A stretch of DNA of 64,000 nt. Origin: an uncultured Planctomycetia bacterium. GTDB lineage: Bacteria > Omnitrophota > Gorgyraeia > 2-01-FULL-45-10 > JAHFGN01. The translations under genes and the position numbers were made by a program. Every line of letters begins with the position of its first letter. Positions within the stretch are counted from its first letter, which is position 1. A model generated the notes under the pieces. It was given only the letters and a program-made list of their open reading frames with translations. It did no database searches and was not told the origin of the DNA. The DNA is taken from contig CAYHAE010000001.1 in NCBI GenBank assembly GCA_964354545.1, forward strand, positions 65,190 through 129,189. Reading direction: 5' to 3'. Shown piece after piece: positions 58,803-64,000 of this stretch.

Positions 58803-61274
58803 TCAATCCGCTGCGAGCGCGACTATCTTCTCCTTTACGTAGAGTTTCTTCCTGATCGTCTTTCCTTCGACGTGCCTCTTGACGCCATCCAATTCAAGGG
58901 CCTTCGCGAATATCTCTTCTTCCGGCGCGTCTCGCTCGATCGTGAGGGTCCCCCTGAGCTTGCCGTTGACCTGGACGGGAATCTCCATCGTATCGGTGCG
59001 TATGAGGCCCTTATCGCAGGCCGGCCACTTTGCCTCGAAGACGCTCCGGGTATGGCCTGTGGCCTGCCAGAGCTCTTCTGCGATGTGGGGAGCGAACGGA
59101 GCGAGGAGCGTGATGAAACTCTCAACCGTACCCTTCGACACATCCTTACGTTCCCTCTCAGGGCCCGTCACCGCGTTCAAGAATTCCATGAACGCGCTCA
59201 CCGCGGTATTGAATTTGAAACCCTCAAGGCGGTCTGTCACCTTGTAGATGAGGAGGTTGATCTCTCGGGCGACCTCCGCGTTGTCCCGGTCCGGAACGTC
59301 TTTCGCCTCGCGCGTCCCGAGCACCCAGTCCCATGCCCTCCTCAGGAATTTAAAGACCCCTTCGATGCCGCGGTCGCTCCACTCCGAATCTACCTCCGGA
59401 GGGCCCACGAAGAGCTCATACATCCTCACGGTGTCAGAGCCGTAGGCGGCCACGAGATCGTCGGGATTGACGACATTGCCTTTCGATTTGGACATCTTCT
59501 CGAGCTTTCCCGTCTTTGTACTCTCTTTTAGGATCATGCCCTGGTTGAAGAGCCGCGCGAACGGCTCGTCGAACGAGAGGTACCCGAGGTCGTAGAGGAC
59601 CTTCGTGAAGAACCGCGCATAGAGGAGGTGCAGTATCGCGTGTTCGACCCCTCCGACGTAACAGTCGACCGGGAGCCAGCGGTTTACGGTATTTTTATCG
59701 AACGCAGCGGTCTCGAGTGCCGCGTTCGGGTATCTCAGGAAGTACCACGATGAGCCCGCCCACTGAGGCATCGTATCGGTCTCGCGCGTCGCAGGTCCTC
59801 CGCATTTCGGGCACGTCGTACGGTAAAATCCCTCTATCGTCGCAAGGGGTGACTTCCCGGTCCCGCTCGGCTGGTAGCGTTCGACATCGGGGAGGAGGAG
59901 GGGCAGGTCCTTCTCGCTGAGCGGGACTTCGCGGCACTTGTCGCAATAGACGATGGGTATCGGCTCTCCCCAATACCGCTGTCTCGAGAATATCCAATCC
60001 CGCAGTTTGTATTTCACCGCGTACCGCGCTTTGTGCTCCAGCTTAAGCCAGGCGACGATCTCCATTTTCGCAAGCTCGGAGTCCATCCCGTTGAACCGGC
60101 CTGAGTCTACCATCTTGCCGGGTTCGACGTATGCCCGGAGGAGCTTGCCCGAAGGGTCTTTTGAGGTCGTTTCGCCGCGGATCACCTCACGTATGGGGAG
60201 GTTGAACTTCTTCGCAAATTCGAAATCCCTCTCGTCGTGAGCGGGCACGCACATGATCGCCCCCGTTCCGTAATGGACGAGCACGTAATCGGCGACCCAG
60301 ACGGGTATCCTCTCCGAATCGACCGGATTTATCGCGTACGCACCGGTGAAGACGCCTGTCTTCTCCCTCGTGGCGGACGTCCTCTCTATCTCCGTTTCCC
60401 TGCGTGAGCGTTCGATGTATCGGGTGACCTCCTGCGCCTTTTCGGGTCTCGTGACCTTTTCCACGAGTTCATGTTCGGGCGCGAGCACCACGTAGGTCGC
60501 GCCGAAGAGGGTGTCCGGCCGGGTCGTGTAGATGGACAGGTCGTGCCGCGCGCCGTCCCGGCCCTCCACTGCGAAGAGCACCTCGGCGCCCTCGCTCCTG
60601 CCTATCCAGTTCGCCTGCATGGTCTTGACCTTTGCGGGCCACTCGAGCCTGTCGAGGTCATTGAGCAGCCTGTCGGCATACGCGGTGATCTTGAGCATCC
60701 ACTGCATCATGTCCTTTTTTGTCACCTCGGATTCGCACCTTTCGCACCTGCCTCCCGCGACCTCCTCGTTGGCAAGCCCCGTCTTGCAGTTGGGGCACCA
60801 GTTGATCGGCACCGTCTTCCGATAGGCGAGGCCCTTCTTGTACATCTGGAGGAATATCCACTGCGTCCACCGGTAATAGCCGGGGGAGCTCGTGTTGATC
60901 TCCCTATCCCAGTCGTACATCGATCCTATTTCGTAGAGCTGCCTCTTCATGTTCGCGATATTCTGCGAGGTATTCATGCGCGGGTGGATGCCCTTTTTGA
61001 TGGCGTCGTTCTCGGCAGGGAGGCCGAACGAATCCCACCCCATGGGATGGAGGACTTCATGCCCTCCGATCTTCTTATACCTGGCCCACACGTCCGAGAT
61101 CACGTACCCGCGCCAATGGCCGACGTGGAGACCCGATCCGGAAGGATAGGGGAACATATCGAGGCAATAGTATTTCTGCTTAGGGGAGCGAATGTCGGTC
61201 TTATGGGAACCGGCCTTCTCCCAGGCCCCGCGCCACTTCTTCTCTATCTCCTGCGGATTGTATCTCTGCTTCAT
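58803..61274 (-). CDS. leuS: Leucine--tRNA ligase
   Basis: MFPYPSG.GLHVGH, TTRPDT editing domain, KMSKS. Confidence 0.98.
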   Translation of the reverse strand: MKQRYNPQEIEKKWRGAWEKAGSHKTDIRSPKQKYYCLDMFPYPSGSGLHVGHWRGYVISDVWARYKKIGGHEVLHPMGWDSFGLPAENDAIKKGIHPRMNTSQNIANMKRQLYEIGSMYDWDREINTSSPGYYRWTQWIFLQMYKKGLAYRKTVPINWCPNCKTGLANEEVAGGRCERCESEVTKKDMMQWMLKITAYADRLLNDLDRLEWPAKVKTMQANWIGRSEGAEVLFAVEGRDGARHDLSIYTTRPDTLFGATYVVLAPEHELVEKVTRPEKAQEVTRYIERSRRETEIERTSATREKTGVFTGAYAINPVDSERIPVWVADYVLVHYGTGAIMCVPAHDERDFEFAKKFNLPIREVIRGETTSKDPSGKLLRAYVEPGKMVDSGRFNGMDSELAKMEIVAWLKLEHKARYAVKYKLRDWIFSRQRYWGEPIPIVYCDKCREVPLSEKDLPLLLPDVERYQPSGTGKSPLATIEGFYRTTCPKCGGPATRETDTMPQWAGSSWYFLRYPNAALETAAFDKNTVNRWLPVDCYVGGVEHAILHLLYARFFTKVLYDLGYLSFDEPFARLFNQGMILKESTKTGKLEKMSKSKGNVVNPDDLVAAYGSDTVRMYELFVGPPEVDSEWSDRGIEGVFKFLRRAWDWVLGTREAKDVPDRDNAEVAREINLLIYKVTDRLEGFKFNTAVSAFMEFLNAVTGPERERKDVSKGTVESFITLLAPFAPHIAEELWQATGHTRSVFEAKWPACDKGLIRTDTMEIPVQVNGKLRGTLTIERDAPEEEIFAKALELDGVKRHVEGKTIRKKLYVKEKIVALAAD

Positions 61275-61467
61275 CGTTGGTGTCCTTATGATGATAAGTA
61301 GCAAAATAGTATCATATTTCATCTAAAAAATCAAGATGTATGGTATACGAGCGTTAACGTCTACATTCACATGGGGGCATGGTAATCCCGCGCGCATGGC
61401 GCACGCGGTAATATCTATTGACAAAGGCATTGCCTTTAAGTAAGATAATTCAAAACGGAGGCATAGC

Positions 61468-62631
61468 ATGGCGCAATTTTACATTGGTGTCGATAAGATG
61501 GCGAGGCGGTGTTACGGTTTCGATGAGATCGCGCTCGTGCCGGGGAAAGTCACTATCAATCCTAATGAGGTAGACACTTCGTGGGAGATAAACGGGAAGC
61601 GTTATAAGGTCCCCATAATGGCGGCGGCGATGGACGGTGTCGTCGATGTGAAGTTCGCCATCGCGATGGGGAAGTTGGGAGGCGTTGCGGTATTGAACCT
61701 CGAGGGCGTGCAGACCCGGTACGAAGAGCCCGGCGAGGTCCTCGATAAGATCGCCCATGCGAGCCAGGAGGAGGCAACGAGGCTCGTCCAGGACATCTAC
61801 GTCGAACCGATCAAGGAAAAACTCGTTGCGAAGAGGGTAAAAGAGATCAAAGACGGCGGAGTGCCTGCGGCGGTGAGCGCGATCCCGCAGAGGGCAGAGA
61901 AGTTCGGCGCGATCGCCCAGGAAGCCGGCGCGGACATCTTCGTCGTACAATCGACCGTCACCACTGTGAAACACATCGCTAAAGAATATAAGGCGTTGGA
62001 CTTCTATAAGTTCACGCGGAAGATGAAGATCCCGGTGGTGATAGGGAACTGTGTGACGTATGAGGTTGCCCTGGAACTTATGGATGCGGGGCCGAGCGCC
62101 ATTCTGGTCGGCATAGGCCCGGGCGCTGCGTGCACGACAAGGGGCGTCCTTGGTATAGGCGTGCCCCAGGTCACCGCGACGATTGACTGCGCGGCTGCGC
62201 GAGACACCTATTTCAAAAAGAACAGGAAGTATGTCCCGATCATCACGGACGGCGGCATGTCGACCGGAGGCGATATATGCAAGGCCTTCGCGTGCGGGGC
62301 CGATGCGGTGATGGTCGGCTCGGCCTTTGCCCGCGCGAAAGAGGCGCCGGGCAGGGGCTACCACTGGGGCATGGCAACGCCGCACTCGAACCTGCCGCGC
62401 GGGACGAGGATCAAGGTCGGCACGACGGGAACGCTCGAGGAGATACTCTACGGTCCGGCCACATTAGACGACGGCTCTCAGAACCTCATGGGCGCGCTCA
62501 TGACCTCGATGGGCAATGTGGGCGCAAAGAACCTCAAGGAGATGCACAAGGTCGAGATCATCATCGCCCCCTCGATCCAGACCGAGGGAAAGGTCTTCCA
62601 GGTCGCCCAGCGGGTAGGAATGGGGAAGTGA
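61468..62631 (+). CDS. GuaB3-family IMP dehydrogenase-related protein
   Basis: YGFDEIALVP, LNLEG, VGIGPGAACTTR, DGG; no CBS domains. Confidence 0.9.
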   Translation: MAQFYIGVDKMARRCYGFDEIALVPGKVTINPNEVDTSWEINGKRYKVPIMAAAMDGVVDVKFAIAMGKLGGVAVLNLEGVQTRYEEPGEVLDKIAHASQEEATRLVQDIYVEPIKEKLVAKRVKEIKDGGVPAAVSAIPQRAEKFGAIAQEAGADIFVVQSTVTTVKHIAKEYKALDFYKFTRKMKIPVVIGNCVTYEVALELMDAGPSAILVGIGPGAACTTRGVLGIGVPQVTATIDCAAARDTYFKKNRKYVPIITDGGMSTGGDICKAFACGADAVMVGSAFARAKEAPGRGYHWGMATPHSNLPRGTRIKVGTTGTLEEILYGPATLDDGSQNLMGALMTSMGNVGAKNLKEMHKVEIIIAPSIQTEGKVFQVAQRVGMGK

Positions 62632-62693
62632 AATAAGCGTAAAGTGTTCCGCCTTCGGCGGAACGCCTTACGTTACTATAGCTGCCACACTCA

Positions 62694-64000
62694 ATGACTC
62701 ACTCCGATTTCGTCCACTTGCACGTCCACACCCAGTACAGCCTCCTCGACGGCGCATGTCTCCTGGAGAAACTCGTTGAAAAGGCGAAGGAACTCAAGAT
62801 GCCTGCGTGTGCCATCACGGACCACGGCAACATGTACGGCGCCATTGAATTCTACGATCTCGCCTTAAAGCACGGCATCAAGCCCATCATCGGGTGCGAG
62901 ATCTACGTCGCCCCCGGAAGCAGATTCGAAAAATCATCCCACGGAATTCAGGAGGCGTCATTCCATCTTATCCTTCTCGCGAAGGACGAGGTGGGTTATG
63001 GGAACCTCATGAAGCTCGTGACGATCGGCTTCCTCGAAGGGTTTTACTACCGGCCGCGGGTTGACAAGGAAGTGCTCGCCAAGCACAACGACGGGCTCAT
63101 CGCGCTCTCCAGCTGCCTCCAGGGCGAGATCCCGCACTACATAAAGACGAACCAGATGGAGCAGGCGCGGAGGGTCGCCGACGAATACAGGCACATATTC
63201 GGCAGGGACAATTTTTTCCTGGAGATCCAGGACAACCTTATCGAAGAACAGGACAAGGTCAATACCGAGCTCATCAAGTTGTCGGGCGACCTCGGCATAG
63301 AGCTCGTGGCGACGAACGACGTCCACTACCTCCTCAAGGAGCATGCGCGGGCCCACGAGGCGCTCCTCTGCATCCAGACCCAGACCACGTTGGACGATCC
63401 CAACAGGATGAAGTTCCCGACGGATGAGTTCTATTTTAAGTCGAAGGCGGAGATGGTGAGGACGTTCGGCACGACGGCTCCGAAGGCCCTCTCGAACACC
63501 CTCGCGATCGCCGAGAGATGCAATCTTGAGCTGGACTTTACCGCGCATCACCTCCCGGACTACCGGGCCCCCGACGGCAAGACACAGGAGGCCTTTTTGA
63601 GAGAGCTCGCCAACACGGGGATACGGCAACGTTACCCCAACCTCGATAAGACCATTTCGGACAGGCTCGAGCATGAATTGAAGACGATAGAGTCGAGCGG
63701 CTATACGAGCTACTTCCTGATCGCGTGGGACTTCGTGCGTTACGCGAAAGAGAAGGGTATCCCCGTGGGGCCAGGGAGGGGGAGCGCTGCGGGGAGCGTC
63801 GTGAGCTATTCCCTCGGCATCACCGATATAGACCCGATGAAGTACGACCTCCTCTTCGAGAGGTTCCTCAACCCCGAGAGGGTCTCTCTGCCGGACATCG
63901 ACATCGACTTCTGCTTCGAGCGGAGGGGGGAGGTCATCGACTACGTCGTCAATAAGTATTCGAAGGAGAACGTCGCCCAGATCATCACGTTCGGCACGAT
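62694..64000 (+). CDS. dnaE: DNA polymerase III alpha subunit, 5' part
   Basis: [18 protein letters not shown] motif, [35 protein letters not shown]; runs off the window. Confidence 0.97.
   Translation, partial: MTHSDFVHLHVHTQYSLLDGACLLEKLVEKAKELKMPACAITDHGNMYGAIEFYDLALKHGIKPIIGCEIYVAPGSRFEKSSHGIQEASFHLILLAKDEVGYGNLMKLVTIGFLEGFYYRPRVDKEVLAKHNDGLIALSSCLQGEIPHYIKTNQMEQARRVADEYRHIFGRDNFFLEIQDNLIEEQDKVNTELIKLSGDLGIELVATNDVHYLLKEHARAHEALLCIQTQTTLDDPNRMKFPTDEFYFKSKAEMVRTFGTTAPKALSNTLAIAERCNLELDFTAHHLPDYRAPDGKTQEAFLRELANTGIRQRYPNLDKTISDRLEHELKTIESSGYTSYFLIAWDFVRYAKEKGIPVGPGRGSAAGSVVSYSLGITDIDPMKYDLLFERFLNPERVSLPDIDIDFCFERRGEVIDYVVNKYSKENVAQIITFGT

Noticed and set aside
60471-63955. Long alternative ORFs over leuS, the GuaB3 gene and dnaE
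   Set aside because: Antisense or off-frame shadows of clear housekeeping genes; dnaE is missing from the ORF track only because its stop lies outside the window.

Overview
Bacterial chromosomal window with about 52 CDS. It has no rRNA, tRNA or CRISPR array. The giant YD/C39 protein and TMTC-like TPR protein suggest Candidatus Omnitrophota/PVC, but this is inference only. (1) 2-23.5 kb holds a type II FAS/PKS-like cluster: an inactive KS (CLF-like), FabG, ACP, an active KS, a nitroreductase, an FAD oxidoreductase and a LuxD-thioesterase/SAM-methyltransferase fusion. It runs directly into a membrane-GAF histidine kinase, two receivers and an HD-GYP protein. The biosynthetic genes and only the sensor half of the kinase form one AT-rich block. 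Two further kinases with different sensors and near-identical kinase halves sit in a neighbouring island with defence/TA genes. I read this as a candidate undescribed lipid-signal quorum-sensing system with exchangeable specificity cassettes. (2) 24.4-38.8 kb holds a ~2800-aa secreted protein with an internal C39-like domain immediately followed by a double-glycine-type site, an AT-rich C-terminus and a possible immunity gene. A structured leader precedes it, and AT-rich gene cassettes bounded by an inverted-repeat family follow it. (3) 38.8-64 kb holds envelope/glycan genes, a cobalamin riboswitch with btuB, CIRCE-groES-groEL, leuS, a GuaB3-family gene and the 5' part of dnaE. All calls were made by eye from motifs; no database searches were run.
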